A stretch of 64,000 bases of DNA, taken from positions 212,773 through 276,772 of the IMG/VR virus record IMGVR_UViG_3300027710_000011; one strand, written 5' to 3'. This document shows, piece after piece, positions 1 to 8,221 of the stretch. Numbering within the stretch: position 1 is the first letter of the stretch; the number at the start of each line of letters is the position of its first letter. Made by a program: the position numbers and the translations under genes. The notes beneath the pieces are model-generated. The model saw nothing but the letters and a program-made list of their open reading frames with translations, had not been told where the DNA came from and did no database searches.

Positions 1-379
1 CTTTCTTATAGCCTACCTTTGAACCGTACCATTGGTCTTTGCCTAACCCGAAAGCAAGAACTCTAAGGCCGCGTGTATGCTCCTCGTTAGTAAGGATGCG
101 CACAGCGACCAAAGTTCTCGTCTCTAGTGTGGAAGACAAATCAAGCTTCGAGAAAGCTTCAAAGACTGAAAGTTTTGATTCATTCGGACTGACGATGTCC
201 TGTAGTGCTTTCGAGTATTGTTGGAAAGCACTGTCGGCCGCTAGATTTGCTTTGGTGTTTGTTACCTTGGTGTTCAACGAGTAAACATCATTTTTGATAA
301 CTTTAAACTCCTCAACTTCATTGCGACCGTGGCTGTAGGCTACTCCGGGGTATTGCTTGTCCCGTTTTGCTGCAACCAT
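1..379 (-). CDS. Hypothetical protein, 3'-truncated by the window edge (MVAAKRDKQYPGVAYSHGRNEVEEF...)
   Basis: Translated by hand: ATG at 379-377 follows a strong RBS (TAAGGAGG) and the frame stays open to position 1. Not in the ORF track because it lacks a stop. Confidence 0.75.
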   Translation of the reverse strand, partial: MVAAKRDKQYPGVAYSHGRNEVEEFKVIKNDVYSLNTKVTNTKANLAADSAFQQYSKALQDIVSPNESKLSVFEAFSKLDLSSTLETRTLVAVRILTNEEHTRGLRVLAFGLGKDQWYGSKVGYKK

Positions 380-397
380 TTTCCTCCTTACTTCTCC

Positions 398-835
398 CTA
401 CGGATTTGGATACGAAATTACCTTGATGTACAAACTGCGCGACAACTTGCGACTGATAAGCTCAATCAACGTATAAGGAGTGCCGTCCTTAAAAGCTTTG
501 TACGTTGAAATCTCAACGTCATACAAGTTTTCAAGATGCGGGAAGTTTGCAGCGAGGCCGGTAATCAGCTGTTGCTCTTTGAAGCTGAACGGCATCGATA
601 AGCTCGAAAGTATCGATGCCTTATTCAAATGCATCAATTCTTCCAAATCGTTCGACGGCGAAAAATCTTCTGGCGTTTGTTCAGGAATGTAGTTGTGAAG
701 TTCAAACACAACGCTGCAATTGCCTTCGTCGAGTTTGTCTTCTTCAACAACCTTGACGATTGATTGAAGCACCACTTTGTCAGCAATGCGGTTTTCAACC
801 GGTGTATCCGGATTTTGATTAAAGAACTGATTCAC
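398..835 (-). CDS. Hypothetical protein (145 aa)
   Basis: Tiles between the neighbouring minus-strand genes; AGGAAGGA upstream of the GTG start. Confidence 0.7.
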   Translation of the reverse strand: MNQFFNQNPDTPVENRIADKVVLQSIVKVVEEDKLDEGNCSVVFELHNYIPEQTPEDFSPSNDLEELMHLNKASILSSLSMPFSFKEQQLITGLAANFPHLENLYDVEISTYKAFKDGTPYTLIELISRKLSRSLYIKVISYPNP

Positions 836-849
836 TGCGATGTCCTTCC

Positions 850-1500
850 TTACTGCTCAGCAACTTCACTGATTTTTTCTTCAGCTTGTACTGGAGCAGT
901 TTGTTCAAAAAAGTCGAAGCGCATTTTGATGTGGTGGCTTCGTCCGTGTTTGTGCCGCAAGTCCAAGAAAAGGTGAGGTTCTTGGTCAAGCTGGGTAACA
1001 AAAGAATATTCATGAACAATTATTTCTTGCTTGATGCTTTCCAGATACTCGAGCAGTTGCTGGAGAACAAAGCGATAGTTGATCACGCCGCACGTCAAAA
1101 GACGCGCATCTTTTGGGAAGGCTGTCGTATCGGACAGTTCAGTGAAAACGCGCCGCAGTGTCTTTGCGGCGATTTTCAAATCCTTGACTTCATTGGTCCT
1201 ATCAGCAATAGGTTCGATGCTGATCATTGCACGGTTACCTGCCTCATTGATGTCATAAAGCATCTCTGTGACAACATAACGGTCGGTGTTTTCAGGATGT
1301 GCCCGCTCGGCGGAATACATCAGTTTCGAATTGGGTTTTGCTGTGGACTGAATGGCTCTCATCAACAAACGAGTTTGGTCGATCATTCGACTCATGGCGC
1401 TTGGATACTTGCAGTGCAGGTACTTGCGAATGAAAGTCAACTCGGTGTTGTTGAAAGCAATATCGCTGGTCCTTAGCACTATTAAAGTTCTCTTATCCAT
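850..1500 (-). CDS. Hypothetical protein
   Basis: ORF 850..1638 in the track; the likelier start is the ATG at 1500 (MDKRTLIVLR), which has an upstream AAGGG. Confidence 0.7.
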   Translation of the reverse strand: MDKRTLIVLRTSDIAFNNTELTFIRKYLHCKYPSAMSRMIDQTRLLMRAIQSTAKPNSKLMYSAERAHPENTDRYVVTEMLYDINEAGNRAMISIEPIADRTNEVKDLKIAAKTLRRVFTELSDTTAFPKDARLLTCGVINYRFVLQQLLEYLESIKQEIIVHEYSFVTQLDQEPHLFLDLRHKHGRSHHIKMRFDFFEQTAPVQAEEKISEVAEQ

Positions 1501-1650
1501 AGCGATTTTTCCCTTGCCTTTTGTGTTTGCAGCGTGGCGCTTGCTCATATCAAGGCTTGTCACAATTAGGTGTTGTAGTAAAAATACGCTTTCATCGTAT
1601 GTGATGACGATATTTACTCGTACTGCATTCAAGCCCACTGGAGCCTATTC

Positions 1651-2355
1651 ATGAAAAACTCAATCTTGTCTCAAGCTCTGGAGAGTTTGGAGACACCCGT
1701 TCCCGCAGCATTGCCACCTGCTACTGAACCAGTTGCACCTGCTCCACAAGCAGCCCCTCCCACTCACGTCATCAGTCGTGAGAACACGGACGCTGCTGTT
1801 GAGCAAAAGCTCGAAGCCATGAGTCGCGACAGTGTCGTGATGAATGCGCCGCTGTCCACCCTCTTCACTCGTGCGCTGAATATTCAATTGGCCAAGAAGA
1901 ACGTGGTGACTGGCGAGTTCGATGGCGTTACGCCTGCAGCCACAACTCAAGCTGAAGCCGTTGCGACTGAAAGCCAGGCGCAAGACGCTTACTTCTCCGC
2001 AGCAGCCCGCCGAGTCTTCCAAGACACTCACAAGGTGGAAGAGCGGATTGACATTACGGATCCGGTAAAGCCTGAAGTTCCTGAAAGCTTGGAAACCGGT
2101 GGTTCAGGTACAAAGCTGATTGCGCCAGCCACTCAGGAAGAAACCATCAAGTTCTTCAACTCCAACGACCTGGATGGTTTGGAGCCCAAGTTCGTTTTCT
2201 ACCGCGACGTTGGCATTAAGACTGACGGCGTGGTGAAGGAAGACTGGGAAACCCAGAAGATGATTGCTTTGAACGAGCAAAGCAGTGATGCCAATTACGT
2301 GGTTGAATCCATCGAAGTGGTGATTCGTACTCGCAAGGTTGACATCAAGGACTAA
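1651..2355 (+). CDS. Putative virion head (inner-body/ejection-type) protein with a processed propeptide
   Basis: GGAG RBS; acidic and Ala/Pro-rich; carries A/S-X-E motifs (ALE, SLE, ATE) of the kind cut by the phiKZ gp175-type protease; followed by a terminator hairpin. Confidence 0.55.
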   Translation: MKNSILSQALESLETPVPAALPPATEPVAPAPQAAPPTHVISRENTDAAVEQKLEAMSRDSVVMNAPLSTLFTRALNIQLAKKNVVTGEFDGVTPAATTQAEAVATESQAQDAYFSAAARRVFQDTHKVEERIDITDPVKPEVPESLETGGSGTKLIAPATQEETIKFFNSNDLDGLEPKFVFYRDVGIKTDGVVKEDWETQKMIALNEQSSDANYVVESIEVVIRTRKVDIKD

Positions 2356-2368
2356 AAGTCTGAAAAAG

Positions 2369-2396
2369 TAAAGAGGGGGTAAAACCTCTCTTTATG
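2369..2396 (+). terminator. Hairpin terminator ending in TTTATG
   Basis: TAAAGAGGGGGT-AAA-ACCTCTCTTTA, then TG, directly after the stop at 2355. Confidence 0.7.
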
Positions 2397-2631
2397 TTGT
2401 CACTTGTAAAACGCTGCTAAGGACCCTACAAAGGCCATAGATGAAATAAAAAAGAAAAGTCGAGGGTAGGTAGCTACCCAAATCTGAGTTCAATACAAGC
2501 CTTTTTAAAAGGTCACTATGCCAAAAAATACTGGCTAGCTTACTAATATAGTTAAAGCTATTTTAACTAAACCTAGTATAATAGGGGGGCCCCAGACCCC
2601 CGATAGTATACTAAGAATAATAAAGAGTATA

Positions 2632-2673
2632 ATGCGCGTGCGCGCACACATGCGCACGCATACGCGCACGCGT
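2632..2673. repeat. 42-bp perfect alternating purine-pyrimidine tract (Z-DNA-prone)
   Basis: ATGCGCGTGCGCGCACACATGCGCACGCATACGCGCACGCGT, flanked by TATAAT at 2628 and 2676. Confidence 0.85.
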
Positions 2674-2720
2674 TCTATAATGAGGGTTTCTTAAAAAGAG
2701 AAATTTTTTAAGAGTTAAGC

Positions 2721-2748
2721 GGCTGGGTAGTAGACCCAGCCTTTTATG
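2721..2748 (+). terminator. Hairpin ending in TTTTATG inside the non-coding element
   Basis: GGCTGGGT-AGTAG-ACCCAGCC-TTTTATG. Confidence 0.6.
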
Positions 2749-3082
2749 CTGAGAAGATGAGATCTTGAAGTTATAGGCTTAGAAAAGGTTTTAAGAGGTC
2801 TTAGAGCTATTTTCGTTGCTTAGATGAGCAACGATGAGTCTGAGAGAAAAGAAAGCCGTATAGACGGTTTAAACGAATCTAGCCAATTGACAGACCAACT
2901 ACCAGAAAAAGGACTTCGTCCAAAGTCTTGAGAGATTACCCTCCCCCAAAGCCCCCTCCCGCGAAACCGGGGCGGGGCGGCTTTTGACTTTACTTCCCTT
3001 TTCCTTTGTGGAGGTACTCACAACACCTCTTCGCCGTTCATGAGTGGCGGCAACCTGAAACAACGTTACTGAGGCGAACGAA

Positions 3083-4324
3083 ATGCAAGAAGCAAAGATC
3101 AGAGACATCTTCGACGATGTCTGCCGGAACGTTGTGGCTGATAAGGCATTGAGCCTGAGGATCCATCGCTATGTCGTGGACTTTATCAACCGCAACAGTG
3201 AACACTCCCAATTCTTCGGGGGCAACTTGACAGGTGTTCAAGTCGTGCGGTTTGTGGAGTCGGACAAGAACCACTGGTTCGACGATATCCTGGACGTTAA
3301 CGAACATGACTTGCAGGACAAGATCAACAAGCTGGCTTGCGTACAAGGCAAGGACGGTGTGCGTCACGTGTCTGGTGACGCTTTGAACCAATCGTGCGTG
3401 TGGCTTTGCTACAAGTTCCACAATGCATCGAATCTCACCATCGACGAGCGTGCCCAAACCATCCAAGACATCTTGCTGGCTTTGCAGTTCAAATTCCTGA
3501 CCAGTCGTTTGTTCCGTCACTTCAAGTTCCCAGCCGACCGCGCTTCGGCTGAGGCTGCGTACGCGCAGTTGTCGAACAAGTATTCGATCAAGATCTACGG
3601 TACTTGGTTGAAAGTCCTGGAAGCACGTTGCTCTGACATCACGGCAAAGACTAGCTCTCACTTCAATGTGATTGCTCGTATGGATGACGACATGGGCGTT
3701 GTTCGAATGCTCAATGACATTCAAGGTCGTCTGCGTGACATGCTCAAGAACATCTTTGGTCAGTTCGTACAGATCAAGGACGCGGGTGAGAAAATCACAT
3801 CCAGCTCCGGTGTGGTTGACTTTGACGGCGTGGAAGTGCTCAAGGATCGAAGTAAAGGCTTGGCAACTTACACCAACTACATGAACTCCGTTGTGGGTGA
3901 CAAGAACTCATTCATTCGTGGTGAGTTGCTGAAAGTGGTTCAAGACATCTTCCCTTCTGCCCCACCCAAGCACATCGTCAGTGCACTTGAATACATCTCG
4001 AACAATTACTTGAAATCTCGTTCCGACGATATTGCCAAGTTGATCGAGATGACGATGATTCACAGCTTCACGTACTTGGAGAAGAATCGTCAAACAGTTC
4101 AAGCCGGCATTAACTTGCCCAAACTGTTGGAGCGTTTGCGCGGTGTTTACACATCGTCCCGTTCTACGGATCCTGACTTGATGGATCTTCGTCGGTTTGC
4201 AGAAGTCATTGTTCGTAAGTCTGTAGATACACGCACAGATAGCGTCATTGCTTCTGTGCGAACCGCAGTCTTGCTTTACATCGTGTCTCGTGCATACACG
4301 ATGTGTCATTGGTCCAACGTGTAA
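3083..4324 (+). CDS. Conserved phiKZ-like virion-associated protein (resembles the phiKZ gp32 family)
   Basis: 413 aa, GAGG RBS; FFGGNLTGV motif; lies next to the terminase/tail block. Family assignment is from memory. Confidence 0.55.
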   Translation: MQEAKIRDIFDDVCRNVVADKALSLRIHRYVVDFINRNSEHSQFFGGNLTGVQVVRFVESDKNHWFDDILDVNEHDLQDKINKLACVQGKDGVRHVSGDALNQSCVWLCYKFHNASNLTIDERAQTIQDILLALQFKFLTSRLFRHFKFPADRASAEAAYAQLSNKYSIKIYGTWLKVLEARCSDITAKTSSHFNVIARMDDDMGVVRMLNDIQGRLRDMLKNIFGQFVQIKDAGEKITSSSGVVDFDGVEVLKDRSKGLATYTNYMNSVVGDKNSFIRGELLKVVQDIFPSAPPKHIVSALEYISNNYLKSRSDDIAKLIEMTMIHSFTYLEKNRQTVQAGINLPKLLERLRGVYTSSRSTDPDLMDLRRFAEVIVRKSVDTRTDSVIASVRTAVLLYIVSRAYTMCHWSNV

Positions 4325-4400
4325 TATACCGTTTATGAAGGCGTCCATCAATCCTTTGGTGCGATGAATCGAGAGAGTATTTACTTCCTTCTAAAATGGT

Positions 4401-4814
4401 GTGTTCGCCATGGGTCATTTTCGATTACTTAGTCAGCTGCTTCCGAAGGCCATCGAAACTATTCGAGGTGAAAGAAGTCTGATTGAAATCACTGAAGCAA
4501 GGGCTCAGATAGAGTCCTTAGTCGCATACTCTGTTGAAGGGTATACAGTGACTATCCATTGTCAGGAAAGAAAATACAGGTGCATGTATAAGCGTTGGTT
4601 TGTGCCAAACTTCGTGATTAAAACTTACGAAGTCTTTGCCACTATCGCTGGGAAAGCACCTGACGTATTGATCGATGCTTGCGCCAGAGACAGGACGTTC
4701 CCTCGACTATTGAACTCGTGGTCCAACTCGTCCAGTCAAAAGGAAGCAGCAATAGAGGCCTTCTTAGACCTCCTACATGCCAGACTGCGTTACGCTCAAA
4801 GCACGTCTGGTTAA
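4401..4814 (+). CDS. Hypothetical protein (137 aa; start may be the ATG at 4410)
   Basis: Fills the gap between genes and is followed by a strong hairpin. Confidence 0.55.
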   Translation: MFAMGHFRLLSQLLPKAIETIRGERSLIEITEARAQIESLVAYSVEGYTVTIHCQERKYRCMYKRWFVPNFVIKTYEVFATIAGKAPDVLIDACARDRTFPRLLNSWSNSSSQKEAAIEAFLDLLHARLRYAQSTSG

Positions 4815-4860
4815 GTCGTGAGATACATCGGCGCTTGCGCGTCAATTGCTTCAGTGATTA

Positions 4861-4910
4861 TAAAAAGCCAACACCTATCCGGGAACTAACTCGGGTAGGT
4901 GTTGGCTTTA
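4861..4910 (+). terminator. Long hairpin terminator
   Basis: AAAGCCAACACCTATCCGGG...CTCGGGTAGGTGTTGGCTTT. Confidence 0.7.
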
Positions 4911-5046
4911 TTCCGTCACTTTATCTTTTTTTATTATATACACCAAGCTTATGGTGAATGCGCTGCATCCATGCGGCCATTAAATGGAGAGGTTATGCAT
5001 CACTTCAAAGATTTTTGTCTTAGAGAGAAGTTGGAGTAACTAAGTA

Positions 5047-7227
5047 ATGATACTCTTCTTAGACGACTGGAAGAAATATCCAAGAGCAATCATCGACATG
5101 AAGACGACGAACACGTCCTTCATTCGACTGGCTTCGGTTTATCGCGCAATGGGTATCGAGAACAATGCGTTCTTGCTCGCCCTACTGAATCCAGACTTGC
5201 AAGGAGTTGATCCATACTCGCCTGATTTGACGCTTGAGCAGATGGCGGCGATCAGTTTGGAATGCAAGCACAATCCTTGGTATTTCTTTCGAGAGATTGC
5301 TAAGGTCCCTGCTTCGGGCGGTAACGACGCAATGCGGCTTCAGGCCAATCGAGGCAATATTGCATTGTTCTGGTTGTTCTTCAATCACATCACGCAATTT
5401 CTAATTCAGCCACGGCAGACAGGTAAGTCTATTAACGTTGACGCGTTGATGATCTTGCTGCTGAACATCATCTGTATTGCTACAAAGATCAACTTGCTGA
5501 CAAAGGACGACACTCTGCGTCGTGCCAACGTTCAGCGGATCAAGGACATGATGGAGGAACTCCCTCCATACCTGTTCCTGAAGGGTCCGAGTGATCTGAA
5601 CAATACAGAAGAAATTACCATCAACGCGCTGGGTAACCGTTACACGACTCACGTTCCACAAAGCTCTCCAAAGCGTGCGGATAACATGGGCCGGGGTTTG
5701 ACTACTGCGGTTATGCATGTTGACGAAGCACCCTTCCAGGTGAACATTGAGATTGCGTTGAAAGCAGCTCTGCCTGCTATGACTGCAGCTATCGAAGCAG
5801 CTAAGCGTGAAATGGCTCCGTATGGAACTATCTTCACTACAACGGCTGGTAAGAAGGATGACAAGGACGGCGCTTTCATTTATCGCGAGATGATGGAGTC
5901 TGCACCTTGGACTGAGAAGTTCTTGGATTGCAAGAACCTTGTAGATCTTGAAACAACTATTCGTACCAATAGCCGAGGAGGTAAGGTTCGAGTTCGTTGC
6001 GTCTTCAATCATCGGCAACTGGGTAAGACGGATGAATGGATGTTGCGAGCTCTGGAGGATTCCTTCCAGTCTGGCGATTCTGCTAACCGAGACTTCTTCA
6101 ACATGTGGACGTCCGGCTCTCAGACCAACCCGATCCCTATTCACTTGCTCGAGCGCATTGCTGGCTCACGCATGGAGCCTTTGGAAACAGAGATCTCCAG
6201 TCAAGACCGTTACATCACGCGCTGGTATATTCCGGCCGATACGATTCATGGCCGCATGGCGAACGGTAAGTTTGTCCTAGTCCTTGATACCAGCGAAGCC
6301 GTCGGCAATGACGATATTGGTTTGTTGCTGATCGATCTGGCTACAACCGAAGTGATTGCGTCAGGTACGTTCAACGAAACCAACTTGATTAAGTTCTCTC
6401 GTTGGCTGTTGCAATGGTTCATCCGCTTTGAGAACATCACCGGTTTGTTGGAGCGACGCTCTACTGGTGGGATGATCATGGACTACTTGATCGTTTACAT
6501 GATCGAAGCTGGTATTGATCCCTTCAAGCGCTTGTTCAACACAGTGGTGCAAGACTACCGTGAGAATCACGACAACTTCGAAGAGATTCGTAAACCAATG
6601 AATCGTCGCGATCCTCGTATCTACGATCGCTTCAAGAAGACGTTTGGTTTCTCCACTTCAGGCGGTGACGGTACGTATAGTCGTAATGGACTTTACTCCA
6701 GCACACTGATGATGGCTGCTAAGCGTGGTTGTGATTATGTTTACGACAGTACCCTTATTGACCAGGTGAATGCCTTGATCAATAAGAACGGTCGAGTCGA
6801 TCACCCGCAAGGCGGACACGACGATATGGTCATCGCGTGGCTGCTTGGTTTCTGGTTCATGACTAAAGCAGTTAACGTTGGTTTCTACGGTATTGATTCA
6901 CGACTACTGATGTCTAAGAATCAAGACTTGTCGAATCCGGCCAGCGTAATACCTACTCAAGATCAAGAGGTCCAAAACGCTCTGCGTGATAAGATCGAAG
7001 GTCTGACAGAAGAGCTCGGTAAAGAGCGTGACAAGTTTGTAGCTCAGCGTTTGGAGCAAGAGATTCGAAGTCTGATGAAATACGTCATCGTAAAAGAAGA
7101 CGAAATCTACAGCGTCGATGAACTGCTTAGAACGGCTAAGGAAAAGCGTGTTGAGAAGAAACGCTTTAACAGCTACCAGCAAAGTCCTTATCAAATGACT
7201 TCGCTGCAACCAGGTTACTATCGATAG
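5047..7227 (+). CDS. terL: Terminase large subunit (phiKZ gp25-like)
   Basis: Walker A IQPRQTGKS; Walker B MHVDE; coupling motif TTT; nuclease motifs VLVLDTSEAVGND and GGHDDMVIA. Confidence 0.95.
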   Translation: MILFLDDWKKYPRAIIDMKTTNTSFIRLASVYRAMGIENNAFLLALLNPDLQGVDPYSPDLTLEQMAAISLECKHNPWYFFREIAKVPASGGNDAMRLQANRGNIALFWLFFNHITQFLIQPRQTGKSINVDALMILLLNIICIATKINLLTKDDTLRRANVQRIKDMMEELPPYLFLKGPSDLNNTEEITINALGNRYTTHVPQSSPKRADNMGRGLTTAVMHVDEAPFQVNIEIALKAALPAMTAAIEAAKREMAPYGTIFTTTAGKKDDKDGAFIYREMMESAPWTEKFLDCKNLVDLETTIRTNSRGGKVRVRCVFNHRQLGKTDEWMLRALEDSFQSGDSANRDFFNMWTSGSQTNPIPIHLLERIAGSRMEPLETEISSQDRYITRWYIPADTIHGRMANGKFVLVLDTSEAVGNDDIGLLLIDLATTEVIASGTFNETNLIKFSRWLLQWFIRFENITGLLERRSTGGMIMDYLIVYMIEAGIDPFKRLFNTVVQDYRENHDNFEEIRKPMNRRDPRIYDRFKKTFGFSTSGGDGTYSRNGLYSSTLMMAAKRGCDYVYDSTLIDQVNALINKNGRVDHPQGGHDDMVIAWLLGFWFMTKAVNVGFYGIDSRLLMSKNQDLSNPASVIPTQDQEVQNALRDKIEGLTEELGKERDKFVAQRLEQEIRSLMKYVIVKEDEIYSVDELLRTAKEKRVEKKRFNSYQQSPYQMTSLQPGYYR

Positions 7228-7234
7228 TGACAGA

Positions 7235-7266
7235 ATAAAAGCCCAGGGCGAACCTGGGCTTTTATG
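7235..7266. terminator. Bidirectional terminator between the convergent terL and tail tube genes
   Basis: ATAAAAGCCCAGG-GCGAA-CCTGGGCTTTTATG. Confidence 0.8.
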
Positions 7267-7285
7267 TTCACCGTAGTGAAGTGGT

Positions 7286-8152
7286 TTACACGCGCAGAGC
7301 CGTGTTGCCCAGATTTGCCGTTTGAGCAGCGTAGCCGATGTTCTGCGCAGCAGTGTCGGAATCCACAGCTTGCACGAAGGCAGGACGCAGGTAAGGGTTC
7401 GCATTGGTGATGCTGATCGAGTCGAGCATCGATTGAGCGAACGCCATCACGCCCAGGCTGTGCTGGGTGATTGCCGTGAAGGTGATGTCGTACGTGACGG
7501 TTTCACCAGCGGCAGTCTTGTCGCGACGACCAGTCACATCACCAGCGCTCTTGGGGAACATGTTGGTCGACAACCAAGCATTGATCACCTTCGAGTGAGT
7601 GATGTCGGGCTCGATGAAGAGCACGGTCATGGCGTAGCGGTCAGCCAGCATGTCGGTAGGACGCTTGGCCGTGGTGGAGATGTTGGCCACCTTGGTTTCA
7701 GGATCCATGATCAGGTTGGTGATCCAGCCTTCCAAGAAGGCATTGATCGGACGACCATCCTTTTCAACCCAGCTGAACACTGGCTGCGAACGTGCACGCT
7801 TCACATCAGTGAAGTCTTCATGCATTTCGCCACCACCGCCGACAGGCGAGCTGTCCACGGTTTCGACTTCCAAAGTCGATTGCAGGCCAGTGATGCGGAT
7901 GGCGTGACGTTCCACCAGAGCGCGCAGAGTGCTCGTCCACTTTTCAGGGTTTTCCAGATCGCGGAAACCAGTGGGCGATTCAATGAGCAGCGCAATCATG
8001 TTGCGCTGGACGTACGCCTTATTGCTCACCCATTCAGCGTATTCAGGGGCGTAGCCGTTGTGCGCACCGAATTGCAGATCCAGCATCGGAGCTGTTCGGC
8101 CCTTTGCGTAAGCCTGGCCATTCGGCAACAGTGCGTTAGTAACTCGAGACAT
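7286..8152 (-). CDS. Tail tube protein (phiKZ gp30-like)
   Basis: About 288 aa, immediately downstream of the sheath; strong codon bias; C-terminal WLSTNMFPKSAG...YDITFTAI tube-like motif. Start set at ATG 8152, which has a GAGGA RBS. Confidence 0.85.
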   Translation of the reverse strand: MSRVTNALLPNGQAYAKGRTAPMLDLQFGAHNGYAPEYAEWVSNKAYVQRNMIALLIESPTGFRDLENPEKWTSTLRALVERHAIRITGLQSTLEVETVDSSPVGGGGEMHEDFTDVKRARSQPVFSWVEKDGRPINAFLEGWITNLIMDPETKVANISTTAKRPTDMLADRYAMTVLFIEPDITHSKVINAWLSTNMFPKSAGDVTGRRDKTAAGETVTYDITFTAITQHSLGVMAFAQSMLDSISITNANPYLRPAFVQAVDSDTAAQNIGYAAQTANLGNTALRV

Positions 8153-8221
8153 TGTGTTATCCTCGGATGAAAGAGATGAATGCATTACCCGGTAGTTTTT
8201 ACACTACCGGGCTTTGCTGCC

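Noticed and set aside
39-284. Plus-strand 81-aa ORF at the left edge
   Set aside because: It overlaps the better-supported minus-strand gene starting at 379, which has a strong RBS.
2887-2915. Perfect TTGACA as a possible sigma70 -35 box
   Set aside because: No -10 hexamer lies 16-18 bp downstream, and the TATAAT boxes are upstream of it.
2400-3050. Possible CRISPR array or tRNA cluster in the non-coding region
   Set aside because: There are no direct repeats with regular spacers, and no cloverleaf with a T-loop (GTTCRA) or acceptor stem was seen.
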